Shown one piece after another: positions 38,201 through 50,923 of a DNA stretch of 64,000 bases. The translations under genes were made by a program, and so were the position numbers. Positions within the stretch are counted from its first letter, which is position 1. The number at the start of each line of letters is the position of its first letter. This stretch comes from Cenococcum geophilum. Its lineage: Eukaryota. The notes beneath the pieces were generated by a model. The model was given only the letters and a program-made list of their open reading frames with translations. It was not told where the DNA came from and ran no database searches. The stretch lies in the NCBI GenBank assembly GCA_050273025.1, contig CP158636.1, positions 11,346,001 to 11,410,000 on the forward strand, given 5' to 3'.

Positions 38201-41200
38201 TTTAGAGAAGTATAGGTTTTTTTAGGCACGGCGAACTTCTACTAAACGTTTATTATTTACTACTTATAAGTAATACTCCTAATTACCAATCTACTAAAAG
38301 GATCTAAGAATAGCAGGAAGTTAGGACCCTTTATATTTAGGAAAGCTGCTAAGTAGGCTATAAACCGGTTAAAGGATTTGTTTACGTCGGCGCCTATCCT
38401 AATACACTTCTATTAGGAGCTACGTATATACTTTAAAATAGATGCATCCGGCTTTACCCTAGGGGCAATTATATCTCAATTAAAAGACGGAAAATAGCAT
38501 CCTATAGCGTTTTGGTTAAGGAAAATAACCCTTATAAAATAGCGTTATATAACGCATAACCAGAAGCTGCTTATAATAATCGCAGTAATAAAGTACTGGC
38601 GATATTATTATATAGGAAGTAATTATCCTATTAAAGTCCTTATAGACCATAACAACCTAGAATACTTTATGACTATAAAGGTATTAAGCAGTCGATAAGC
38701 TAAGTGGGCAGAGGCACTATTATAGTATGATTTTAAGATTATATACCGCCTAGGAAAGATAAATCCTGCTAATAAGTTATTAAGACGTTCGGATTATAAG
38801 ACAGGGAGGATCTAGGACAGTATAGGGGAAATAATCCCTATATTGCAAAATTTGCTTAGGAAGAAAGAAGACTCTTTCTCTAGAACTATAGAATTTCGTA
38901 GCAGGGTAGAGGTCCTAGCAATATAGCTACAAAGCGACATAATTATAGAGCTGTAGGATATAGTTATAGACTAGGTTATAGACTAAGCAGATATTATAAA
39001 GTTGGCGTACCCTAGAATTAGCGAGAATTCTATAGGATATACTAGAGGTGTCGCGGCACCTTCGACTTGACGGCGTATTAGCTGCGAGTTCTTGGATCTA
39101 AGGGGGATAGGTAAGATGCCTATCTATAGTGTAGCATACTACATAACGGTAGGAGAATCTGCTGGCACTAATAGTTCGAAACGTCTTATACTATACCTTA
39201 AGTCTGCAATAGCAGTAGGCGAAATGGAAGTAAGCGATCTGTATAAAACCTTTCTAGATCTTCTTCTTTAAGCTTAATAAAGGGACGCCTTCGCCTCTAG
39301 GGAGAGGTAGAAAGATATAGTGGAGACCAACTTAGCTAAAATCACTAAAAAGCTATAGTAGTAAGACTAAAAGGGTCTGTTATACTTTAAGGGTACTATA
39401 TATATCCTAAAGGACCAAGCAATTTAAGATGAAATTCTAAAGGTCTTCCATAATAACCCTTTTAGGGGTTACTACGGTGCTAATAGAACCCTTAAGGCCA
39501 TTTAAAGGAAATACTTTTAGGACGGAATATCTAAAGAGGTTAAGGACTATATATTGAGGTATAATACGTGCCAAAGGATATAGATATCTAGGCATCGCCT
39601 ATATAGCGAGTTATTAGTGCTTCCTATTCCGCAGAAACCTATATCAGAATTAATAATAGATTTTATTATAGACTTACCCCCTACCAAGATAAGAACTAGA
39701 GAGGTTGCTAACGCTATTCTAGTAATCGTTAACAGGTATACAAAGTTTTTAGAATACTTTGCTGTTATAATAACAATTATAGTAGTAAAACTGGTAGACC
39801 TGTTTTTGGAATAGTGGCTCTTATTTGGCACGCTAAGGGGAATTATATCTAACAGAGGCACCGTATTTAATAGTATATTTTAGTCTTTATTCTATCTCTT
39901 ATTGAAAATATAGCAAAGGATAAGCACTACCTTTTATCTACAAATAGACGGGTAAATAGAGCATCTAAATACATTATTAGAACACTACCTCCGCTACTAT
40001 ATCAATTATTAATAGGATAATTAGACATTGTGGTTAGCTCTAGCGCAGCACGTATATAATATAAGCATCCATAGTAGTATAAAAATGACCCCTTATAAAG
40101 CATTATTTGGGGTAAAAGTAAATAACCCCTAGAATATTAAGGACATCGTTCCTAAAAGAGAGGCACTAGCGGCGTCTAAAAGAATTAAGTAAATGAGAAT
40201 TCGTAGAGAGGAACTTGAAAAGCACTTGCTAGACGCCTAGACTATGCAAAAAAGGTACTATAATAAAAAACATATGCCGAAAGAATTTAAGATAGAAGAC
40301 GAAGTCTTACTATTTATAAAAAATATCCAAATAAAACGCATTAAGAAGAAGCTGGATTACTAGTAGCTTAGACCCTTTAAGATAGTTAAGAAAACTAAAG
40401 GAAACTAAGCCTATAAATTAAAATTACCGAAATCTTATCTAATATATCCCATATTTTATATTTTCTTACTAAAGCTATACCGGAGAAAAGATAGTGCGGA
40501 ACCGCCCCTACCTAGCGAAATTAATAGGGAACTAGAATGGAATATAGAAGATATTCTAGACTAAAGATGGCGCTAGAAGAAGCGCGAATTTTTAGTTCGT
40601 TAGGAAGGATACTCCTAAGTATATAATAGTTGGGAACCTAAGGAGTACCTTCGGCCGGGATGCGACACCGTAATTAAAACCTTCCTAAGAACTAAAGGTA
40701 AAGACTTAGAAATGGTTCCGGATATACTATAGGTGAAGTAATAGGGAAGACCCCGTAAATTAAAACCATAGGATTAAGTATAGGTATTAAGAACGGAAAC
40801 GTTTCGCTATTATAATAGGGATCCTAGAATCCTATAAGAGGAAGCCTATAGGGATCTATAGGAGAACTACTAGGGATACTGTTTAAAGAAGACGCTATAT
40901 AAGAAGGAGTAGTAGCACTATAAGAAGTGGCCTTGGGGATTTAGTAAGATCCCTTAGGGATAAAAGGAGAGTATCTAGCCTAGCACCGGAGATACGTAGT
41001 AGAGTTAATAGTACGAAGAGGAGCAAAAGGACAGCCTATAAAGAATTAGAAATTTTAAGGAATTATAAGGCACCTATAGGAATACCACCCGTTTATTATA
41101 TATGGGGATTATAGTAGTATACTGTGTTTATATAGATTGTTACTAAAGCTTAGAATAAAGGCATCCCTAAAGTATAAAGTTAATTCCTAATAATAGGGCA

Positions 41201-43045
41201 TCCTAGAGGCACCTAAGAGGCACTATATAAAGCTATTCTATAAGAAAGAAAGAGCTAGGTAATAACTTAAACACCAGCAGTAGCAATAGGAGCCTCCTCT
41301 TCTATCTTAACGTTATTATCAATGGTATTATTAGCTCCTCTATCCCTAAAAGCATTAGCACTTCTACTAATATTCTTCTTAGAATGACGGGTACTAAAAG
41401 GACTAGCACGGGCGGGAGACTGGCGAGGAGAATGTTTATCTTAACCTTTATCGCTATCCTTAGTATCCCTAGGTTCTAAATTAGCGTCTAAGCAGGGATT
41501 AGAGAGATATTAGCTAAAGGAGTTAGTATAGTTCCTAAGTAAGTTACTAGAGAAACTTACCTAGCTAGAGTAGCCCGCGTAAAAGTATAAATATTATTAT
41601 TAATAAAGACGAGCTGTTTGTATATGCGCTCCTAGATACTATATATCCGAGAATGTTACATCTTTATAGCAGTAGAAACCCTTATAAAATTAAAGAGTCT
41701 ATAAGCAAGGGAAGATACCTTCTATCCCCACCTATTACTATTAGGATATTAGCGGAAATCTTAAATAGCGCGTTAGAGCCTATAAGTCTTATATATATAA
41801 ATAGTAAGGATCTAGTATAATTAGCGAAATTTAGAATAGGACAGAATGGGAAATACTAGGATATAGGTCTTTCTCCTACTGCGATAATAGGAGTATTTAG
41901 ATTTGTTTTCGCCGGAGTAAGGCATCTTATAGACGTAGGAAGGATCCTGTATAAGAGCATAAATATAGTAACGATAGCATTTTAGGGAAACTGCTGTAGA
42001 AGCAACAGACGCTGTCTAGGGCGTCACTAGGAGATTAATAATACTGCCGCCAGTCTAGGGACCACGAGCCATTATAAGAGAATACTCTAAGAAGTTAGTA
42101 TTGTCATAAAAAGATAAGGTGGGGATCCTATTACTTATAGATATATTATAAGAAGAGAACAAAGTAGCTATAAAAGAATAGCTAAAGACACGGAAGCTAA
42201 AAGCGGAGATATAGAGGAAATAGTCTACTAAAAGATAAGACAAATAGTATTGTTAATAAAAAGACGCGTAAGAGGCGACAGCTTATAAACTAAAAGAAAA
42301 TTAAAATAAAGACGTTATCATCAGAATCCATTTTAGGTAAATAGGGATAGTAGCTCGTGGACGCGTTATATAGGACAACCTCTAGATTAACTTATAACAA
42401 ACTCTTATAATAAGAAAGGTAAATCCCATCCAATTTTTATTATTATTATTTTAGTTCCATTATAAAGGCATTATAGGGAACTATAGTAGGAAAAGAGTAA
42501 AGGAACTAAGGATAAAGTAAGGTTCTACGCTAGTAAAGAACTAGCTATAAGCCGCATTATAGAGTACCTTTTTACTAAGAATTTCCCTAGTAGTTTTAGC
42601 TAGAACTCTATAAAAGCTTAGTAGAGGCGAAGTTTTAGAGGACTAAGACCCTTAAAGGGGAGGCAATTATAACGGAATTCCCTAGAAGGTATATATTAGA
42701 TGAGATAAAAGGAGGTCTTATCTATGTTCTAGAAGGAGGTCTCATCTATGTTCCAAAAGAAGGTCTTACCTATATTCTATCTACGTCCTAGAAGATATAG
42801 TTAAATAAATAAGGGGCAAAGGGTTTTACTAGCGTCTTAGAAAGATTATATAGGGAGCTAGTTCTCCTCTAAAGAAGAACTAGCAATTAGTCTCTAAATA
42901 GAAGTAGTTAGAAGCATTTGTCCTTTAATATATAAAACTTATTCTACCTTTAACTTACCTTCTATTTACCTTTGACTTACCTTCTACTTACTAGTAACAC
43001 TGTCGATTAAATAATCATACGTTCTGGTCAGGCTGGCCTCTTACA
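35259..43045 (+). mobile_element. Ty3/Gypsy chromovirus-type element B, inserted in the 3' LTR of D
   Basis: 378-bp LTRs at 35259-35636 and 42668-43045 (each with 3x22-bp internal repeats). CCHC ~36755-36795, protease LIDSGA ~36955, RT VYL(DD) ~37975, integrase (ORF 39617-39814), chromodomain ~40535-40690, PPT AAAGGGGAGGCAAT. Confidence 0.95.
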
Positions 43046-43048
43046 ATT

Positions 43049-43491
43049 TATAACGTGGCCCGCCTCCACGTCACCATACGGCTAAAAAGACTAAGAGTGC
43101 TTGCGAACTTGTCGTAAGCGCGGCGGGACCTAATATATATACTCTTACAATTGCCCTCTCCTCTACGCACTCGTCCTCGAGCGCTCGCAGGGATTCCTCT
43201 ATACGCCCGTTCGCGCCACAGGGATTAAACGCCAAGAGTATCACCATATTAGTTAGTCCCCAGTAATATAAGCGATTAGAATCTCCACTAACGCCTCATT
43301 ACACAAATGCGCGTTAGACTGTACTAGAGCGAAGTAACCAATAGGAATCGAACCCACGATACCTAGCCCCAGTAAGTTCGCAAGCACAATTGTAACGTGG
43401 CCCGCCTCCACGTCGCCATACGGCCAAAAAGACTAAGAGTGCTTGCGAACTTGTTGTAAGCGCGGCGGGACCTAATATATATACTCTTATA
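43049..43491 (-). mobile_element. TRIM-like miniature non-autonomous LTR retrotransposon (443 bp)
   Basis: 101-bp direct repeats at 43049-43149 and 43391-43491 (TGTAACG...CTCTTACA); 241-bp non-coding interior. On the minus strand, a PBS at 43374-43387 is complementary to its own LTR and a PPT AGAGGAGAGGGCAAT lies at 43150-43164. Confidence 0.9.
43341..43357 (-). promoter_or_regulatory. RNA polymerase III B-box / tRNA T-arm-like motif within the TRIM
   Basis: Minus strand reads GTGGGTTCGATTCCTAT, containing the consensus GGTTCGANTCC inside a T-stem-like hairpin. Confidence 0.6.
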
Positions 43492-43809
43492 GGTATATAG
43501 TTCTCGCTAAGAACAAGACGTTGCGTAAAGAAGAGAAAGGAATAATAAGAGAATTATATAATTAAATAGTTAGAGGCTTAGTAGTTAATGCGTGCGTATA
43601 TACGCACGCGGTCTTTAATAGACTTTAGTAAAATTTAATTAATATAGCAGAATTTGGTTAAAGCGTCGGAATTTATCTATTAAGTATTTTACTAAGACAT
43701 TCTTACTATAACTAGGCTAGTCCTATTATAGTACCCCCCCTTTTAGCCAAAGGTCTAAATAATTTAATTTTAGTTAAGACTTATAACTTATCGCGTATTA
43801 TATTCTCGC

Positions 43810-44000
43810 GTTAGATAGTAGTATAGAGTTTTACTAATTCTATCGTTAAATAGGCTAATTAGGATTTTCTATCCCCGGGATAAAAAATCGCTATTAGCTT
43901 GGTTAAGGCGGTAAGCAGAACTAATATCTTTATAATAGGTCTTAGTAAGGCAGATCTAACTAATTAGATAACTTTAACTAGCGGTTAAAGTTCCTTAATA
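43810..44000. promoter_or_regulatory. Shared 3'-UTR cassette (module A 43854-43898, module B 43949-43994); function unknown
   Basis: Homologous copies at 2894-2938, 22220-22377, 50418-50536 and 55742-55793. Confidence 0.6.
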
Positions 44001-44154
44001 TCCTACGTATTATATAATTATATTATAAATGTTATAACATATTTTAAGTTCTTTTTAATTTTAAGCTTCCTGCTATTATGTTTCGTGTATTTATATTAGG
44101 TAGCAGTTATTTACCTTTATATTATATCTATCCAGCTAAAGTAGGCCGCGAAGG

Positions 44155-47100
44155 TGTTAGGTAAAACCTAAGTAGATAGTTATATAGCCGCAAGGTACGG
44201 GCGACCCTGGGGCAACCTAGGGGTGACTCGCCCGTAAGGCACGTGCTCTACACATGCCTAGGGAAAACCCTTCCTACCTCGCACACAGACTCCTCCTTTT
44301 CCCTTAAGGATTCGTCTCTGTCTATATAATATACCCATTATTCTATTATTAGACTCCCTATCTACATCCTTACCTCACATTTAAATCCTTACCAATCCCC
44401 TTAGGAGGATAGCCGGTTTAATTTTTCTACGATGCCTCTAAAAAGAAAACCAACGCCTGCACCTGACGGTAATACGCTGGCGATGCGACTATAGAACGCC
44501 TTAGGATCTAGTGTAGACAAAACCACTAGAAGCACACTAGCAGCATTTAAGCCATTCTCCAAATCCTAAAACGATTAGATATTTACAAACGCTAGAGACT
44601 AGTTTGACTTATATACCTAGGCTTAATAGAAGCTTAGTAAGGTTACCAGCGTCCTACCTAATACCGCTGATATAAAGGAGCTAGATAAGCTGGCCAAGAA
44701 AATAGCCAATTTATGGAGCATTATCGATTCGATAAAGCCCTCCCGTTGCCTCTCTAGTAAAGAGCACGAGTTACGTGGCGAACGTATACGCCGATTAAAT
44801 CTTAACGCCCTGGTTAAGAAGTTACTACCTAATATTAGCGGTACTACTTAATAGTATTTCGACCGGTGGATTGCCGCAGTTGAGAACTAATTCGAGGTTA
44901 ATAACGCTGACTACGACTATAAGCGACGCACGTGCTAGGCCATTAAAGGTCTTGTAAAAGAGAAGACAATCACCTAACTGGTTTATTGCCGGTTAGGCAC
45001 TAAGGATAAGGGTCCCTTACTATGGGACGAATTTAAGACTATAGTCCAAGACTAGATTAGGAACCCTATAGTAAGACGCTTTAATAACGCTATAATGTAC
45101 TATACGGCTGTTATAAAGGAGAACTAGAGGTTTAACGTCTTCCTAGCCCGTATGCGTAGCTTAGAGGACCTCTTCTTATATACCCCTTTTATCAATCCTA
45201 AATAATAGGTAGACTTCTGGTTTTCACGTCTTCTAGCCTACCTATAAGCAGAGCTCTTCCGCCAGAACTTCGCCTAACGGGTAAAAACCGCTAAAGACCT
45301 CTTTAACGAAATCCGCTATATAGAGTAATTGCTTGATACTACGAAGCTCGCGGAAGATTGCGTAAGTGGCAGCGGCAAATTATTACGTACGAAGCGCGGT
45401 TGTAGCATAGGCTCTATAAACTTAGGCTTAGGGAACAGAACCTAAAAAGGGCAACGCTTTTCTAAGCAAACTCCTAGGGAGACCACCTAAAAGCCAGATG
45501 GCTTAGGGGACCCCCCGGACGCCGGTGCTACGTAGGCGAGTTAAAGGACCGCAGGCGGCCACCGTAAGAAACACTGGAAGTAGGCTAAAGAGAAGTCAGC
45601 TTGGGCTTCGGAAAACCCAAAGCCCTAGTAGCGTATCTCTCTTAACTACAACTAGGGCCTAATATAGAGGGAGAAAAGAAACGCATTGTGGTATACATTA
45701 TAATAGATACGCCCTAGGGCGAAGTCCGCCTATATGCCTTATACGACAATAGGTGCTAAATCAACCTTATTAATTAAGACGTCGTCCGTAGGTTTAACCT
45801 ACCTATACGCTACGCGCTACGTTTACGTAAACCTATTGCACGTTTCCTTAATAGCAACTAGATAACAATCTGGGATACTTATAATCTAACGGTCACCACT
45901 AGCGACTCCTAGGGTACCCCTTACACTATTGGCCCGCAGACCTTTTAGGGCGGCTTATTTAATGGTTACAATATAGTTTTTGGATGGGATTGGCTCGCGG
46001 AAGTAGATTTATTAATTAGCTTCCGTTCTAGATAGTTCGTCTAGGGTACTTCAGACCCTAAACGCCTCTAGATAGTCACCCTTAACGCTCTCCTAGTAGA
46101 CATCGAGGCTGGCGAAATAGTCTATTCGCTATAGCCAGAAGACTCCTTTTTTACGCCGGTCGTAAACATAATAGAGGACCTGTTATTACTGGCAGCGAGT
46201 ACCCGTACAGACCCTTTGGACGTAGAGATACCGGTTATAAACATAATAGAGGACCTGCCGTCACTGGCAGCGAGTACCTATAGAGACCCTCTGGTGCCGG
46301 CGCAGATCACCTATACGTAAGGGGGAGGTGATTAAAACCCTAAAACTATTAAGTATACTACAGCAGAGCTGTATGCATTTTCTGTGCGAGTATACCTACG
46401 AAACGCATGTCGGCCGCACCCTTCTCTTCACTGGCTCCCGGAAGTACACTACTACGTAATGGTCGCTTCGACCTCTGTGGCCCCCGGCCTACCAGATATA
46501 TATAAGGAGGAAATTAATGTCTTCTTTAATGAGCTAGCAAGCATGCTACCGCAGAACTCTGAGTACGACCATGCAATCGACTTAGAAGAAGGCAAGACGC
46601 CACCGCAAATGCCCCTCTACAACCTCTTATAGAAAGAGTTGCAGATCTTACAAGAGTACCTAGACAGTGCTCTCAAAAAGGGCTAGATTAGGCCTAGCAA
46701 GTCGCCTACTAAAGCGCCTATCCTCTTTATACCGAAAGCAGACGGTATAATACGGCTATACGTCGACTATAGACGCCTAAACAAGATCACGATTAAAAAT
46801 CGGTACCCCCTACTACTAGTCGGCGAACTCTTTAATAGGCTTAGCCATGCGAAGATATTTATAAAGCTAAATCTTTATAATGCGTACTATAGGATTCGCA
46901 TTAAAAAGGGAGACGAATAGAAGACCGCATTTAAGATACGCTACGGTCACTTCGAGTACCTAGTAATGCCCTTTAGTCTTACCAACGCCCCTATAACTTT
47001 CCAGAGCTACATTTATAAAGCTCTAGGAACCCTAGTGGATACTATCTATATAGTCTACCTAGATAATATTCTTATCTACTTAAATAATAAGGACAAGCAC

Positions 47101-50100
47101 GTCGAGCACGTCAAGTAGGTACTGCGATAGCTCCGCGCTTGGGGCCTATACGCCAAACTGTTAAAATGCATCTTTTATACTAAGAACGTTGAGTTCCTAG
47201 GCTTTATTATTACCCCTAGGGGTATTATAATGGACCCTGACCGCGTAAAAGCTATTAAGGAATGGCCTAAGCCTAAGTCCTATAGGGACATCTAGGTCTT
47301 CCTTAGCTTTACTAACTTCTATAGGCGATTTATCTGGAACTACTTAGATACCGTATACCCCCTGCACGCACATCTTATATAGGCATATCGCGACCCAACG
47401 TTAAATGGGGAGAAGAAGAAGAAGCGTAAGTCAAAAGGGCCTACTAAATGGTATTAACCCTGGTCCTGGCCTAATGACGCGTAGTAGGCGTTCCGTAAGC
47501 TACGCGCTGCGTTTATATAGGCTCCTCTACTTCGCCACTTTAACCCTAATCTACCCCTAATGGTAATTACTAACGCTTCCGACTATGCCTATAGCGGTAT
47601 ACTTCTATAGCCTTTAGGGTAAGGAGATTAACTCTACTAGCACCCGATCGCTTATTATAGTTAGAAGCTTACTAGCCTAGAAGTACGGTATAATACGCAT
47701 AACAAAGAACTACTCGCTATAGTGTAATGCTTTAAGACGTGGCGCTATTACCTTAAACACGCCGCGCATATAACGCGCGTGCTCTGCGATTATAACAATC
47801 TCTAGTACTTTATAACCACTAAGAGCTTATCTACTCGCCAGGCCTGGTACGCCAAGGAACTGACTAAGTTTAATTTTAAAATTAAATATAAGCTAGGCAA
47901 GATAAATCCTGCTAATATACTATCCTGGCGCCCGGATTATACTAAAGGCTTTAAAGATGGTAGCAAGAGGACACTCCTTAATGCTATGCTGCCTATATTG
48001 CAGCAAAAGTTATAGGTTATGGGCCTTATGGGCGGCCCTAGTGCTACTACACTATACTAGCGAGTAGCATGCGTGCAGTATGTAAGTAACCCTTGCGAAC
48101 TTAGCGCCGGCGGACTAAAGCGTCCTACCATTCTCTTTAAGACCACTTTAACCGGCCTAATGGCGCTTAACCCTAGGGAAGACCCCTTAGCCCAGGCTAT
48201 AGTCCCCCGCGATAACCTGGCGAGTTACCTACGTATTATACGTTACTTTACTAGCACTAACTTTACGCAGAGTCTCGTGCCACGGCAAGAAGTAGTAGTA
48301 GCTGCTTTAGCCGAAACGGCGTTTATAGAACAACCCCCTAAGTCACTAGTTAATTTTATTCGTGGAGTATAAAAAAGGGACGCCTTTATACGCTCTATAT
48401 ATAATTAGTTAACCTAAGAACGAGTTTTTGCCGGTAATAAGGACTACACCCTTAATAATCAAGGACTCTTAAGGCAAAACAATAAGGTCTAGGTGCTGAA
48501 TTACACACTACTACGATAGGAGATCCTTAAGTAAAATTATAACAATCCTATGGGCGGCCACTATAGTTTTAACCGTACCTTCAAGGTAATTGCGCGGAAG
48601 TACGCTTAGAACGGCCTTACCTAGGACCTTCGCAAATACCTAGATAATTGCGATGCCTGCTAACGCTCCAAATCGCGCCGCTATAAACCCTATAGTGAGC
48701 TGCAGCCTCTCTAGGCCCCCACCTAAGCCTAGCGGCATTATTTACTTAACTTTATTACGGATCTCCCAGAGTCTAAGACTCCTAATAGCGTAGAGTATAA
48801 CTCCGTCCTTGTCCTTATAGACCGTTTTACAAAGCTAGTGCGCTACTATCCAGTATATAAGATAATTAATGCTACGCAACTTGCAGAACTCTTATTTAGA
48901 GTCTTTATACAAATAGGGCCTCTAGATAATATCGTCTCTAATAGGGGTAGTGTATTTACGAGCAAGTACTAGAGCACTATATACTACCATCTCCGCGTTT
49001 AACGTAAACTTAGCACTACATTCCACCCGCAGACAGATAGGCAGATAGAGCGTCAGAACTAGGAGCTTAAGGCATACCTGCGTATATTTACAAACTGGGA
49101 ACAGTCTAATTAGGCCTCCCTACTTAAAGAAGCAGCCTTTACCTATAACTCTAAGGTCTATGCTATAACAAAGCGTTCCCCTATTAAGCTCGCCTATAGC
49201 TAGCTACTAAACATCCTAGACAGAGTCCTAAACAGCGTCTAAGACGCCTAGTAAGGTGGGGAGGGGTCTAAGTTAACGAATGTCTAACTCGCAGAGACGC
49301 ACCTATAACGCCTGCGCCTCACACGTAAAGTAGTAGCGGCGTCGATAATATATGCCTAAAAGCTTCAGGCAAAATACTATAATCGTCACCATCTGGCCAA
49401 GTATTTCGCCGTTGGTGAACGAGTCCTACTCTCCTCTAAGAACATCCACACGAAACGTCCTTATAAAAAGCTTAACTATAAGTTTATGGGACCGTTTTAG
49501 ATCCTAGAGCGTATAGGGCAGCAAGCATATAAGCTAGAGCTCCTACCTACTATAGCACGGCTTTACCTAGTCTTCTATGTCTCCCTACTAGAGCCTTACA
49601 GGTCACGCTCTAGGTTTTAACCCCTAGTAGTAAAAGAGCTCAAGGAAGGCAGCTGGGAAGTAGAAGCAATCGTCGCCTACTAGGATTATACTAGATAACC
49701 GTAGTACCTTATTAAATGGCTAGGATGGCTAAATAAGTATAATAAATAGAAATACGAGATAGAACTTAAGAATTATCAACAACTACTAGATAAGTACCGT
49801 AAGCGGGACACCCTAGCCTTATAGTTAAAGCGTAGGCGAAAAGCAAGCGCCGCTATTAAAATATAACCTGTATTAAAGCGGAGTAGAGGACGTCCTAAGG
49901 GATTAAAGAATAAGTAACGACTGCTATAAGAACTGCGGCGTACATACAGGGTAAAGTTTTAATTTATTAATATCCTACGCCCGTTTATAACCGGGGTCTA
50001 TTTAACTAAGGTCCATAACCTGCTAGTAACCCGCTAGTGGTAACCTATACCGACAACTTACACTATTCTACGTATATGCTACGCAGATAACGTATAAGGC

Positions 50101-50923
50101 CAAAGCATAGGTTAGTAGCGGATTTAACGGGTATATAGCCTTGCCGTTCTAAACCTGGCTGCATATAAGTAACCTATAAACCTACCCGTAAAGTATATAC
50201 GGCGCTATACCGGTATAGCGTAAGGCTAAAGTAGGGTCAGCGGCGGGTTTAATAGGCATACAGCCTTACCGTCTATAAATCTGACTGCATATAAATAACC
50301 TATAACCGACCCGCGAGGTACTAGCGACCTGCCTACGCAAGCGAGCTTTTGGAATATTTCTGGTCTACCGAATTTAGGCGACGGTATTAAGCTCTACTAG
50401 CTCTACCTATTAAATGGACCAATTAGGATTTTCCATACTAGGCATGCAAAATTACTACTGGCTTAGTTAAATGCGGGGGAGTCTTAGCAAGGCAAATCTA
50501 ACCAATTAGACAACTTTGACCGCCGGTTAAAGTTCCTTAACATCTTCGCCGCGCATATGTACTACCCGTCTCTCTATACGCAAAATTAAGACGCTCTTTC
50601 CCCTCCAAATTTTTTCCTTACTAAGGTTTTTTATAGGGTTTTATTAAGGCTTAAGCATACAAAGGATTGGGGACAACCCTTTTTAAAGGGGGGGGCATTG
50701 TTAGGTGAAACCTAAGTAGATAGTTATATAGCCGCAAGGTACGGGCGACCCTGGGGCAACCCAGGGGTAACTCGCCCGTGAGGTACGTGCTCTACACATG
50801 CCTAGGGAAAACCCTTCCTACCTCGCACACAGACTCCTCCTTTTCCCTTAAGGATTCGTCTCTGTCTATACAATATACCCATTATTCTATCATTGGACTC
50901 CCTATCCACATCCTTACCTCACA
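44155..50923 (+). mobile_element. Ty3/Gypsy chromovirus-type element C, nested in D
   Basis: 225-bp LTRs at 44155-44379 and 50699-50923; perfect TSD GAAGG. RT start in ORF 46384-46632 (DHAIDLEEGKTPP), VYLD ~47055, RH, INT, chromodomain WEVEAIV ~49655, G-rich PPT. Confidence 0.96.
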
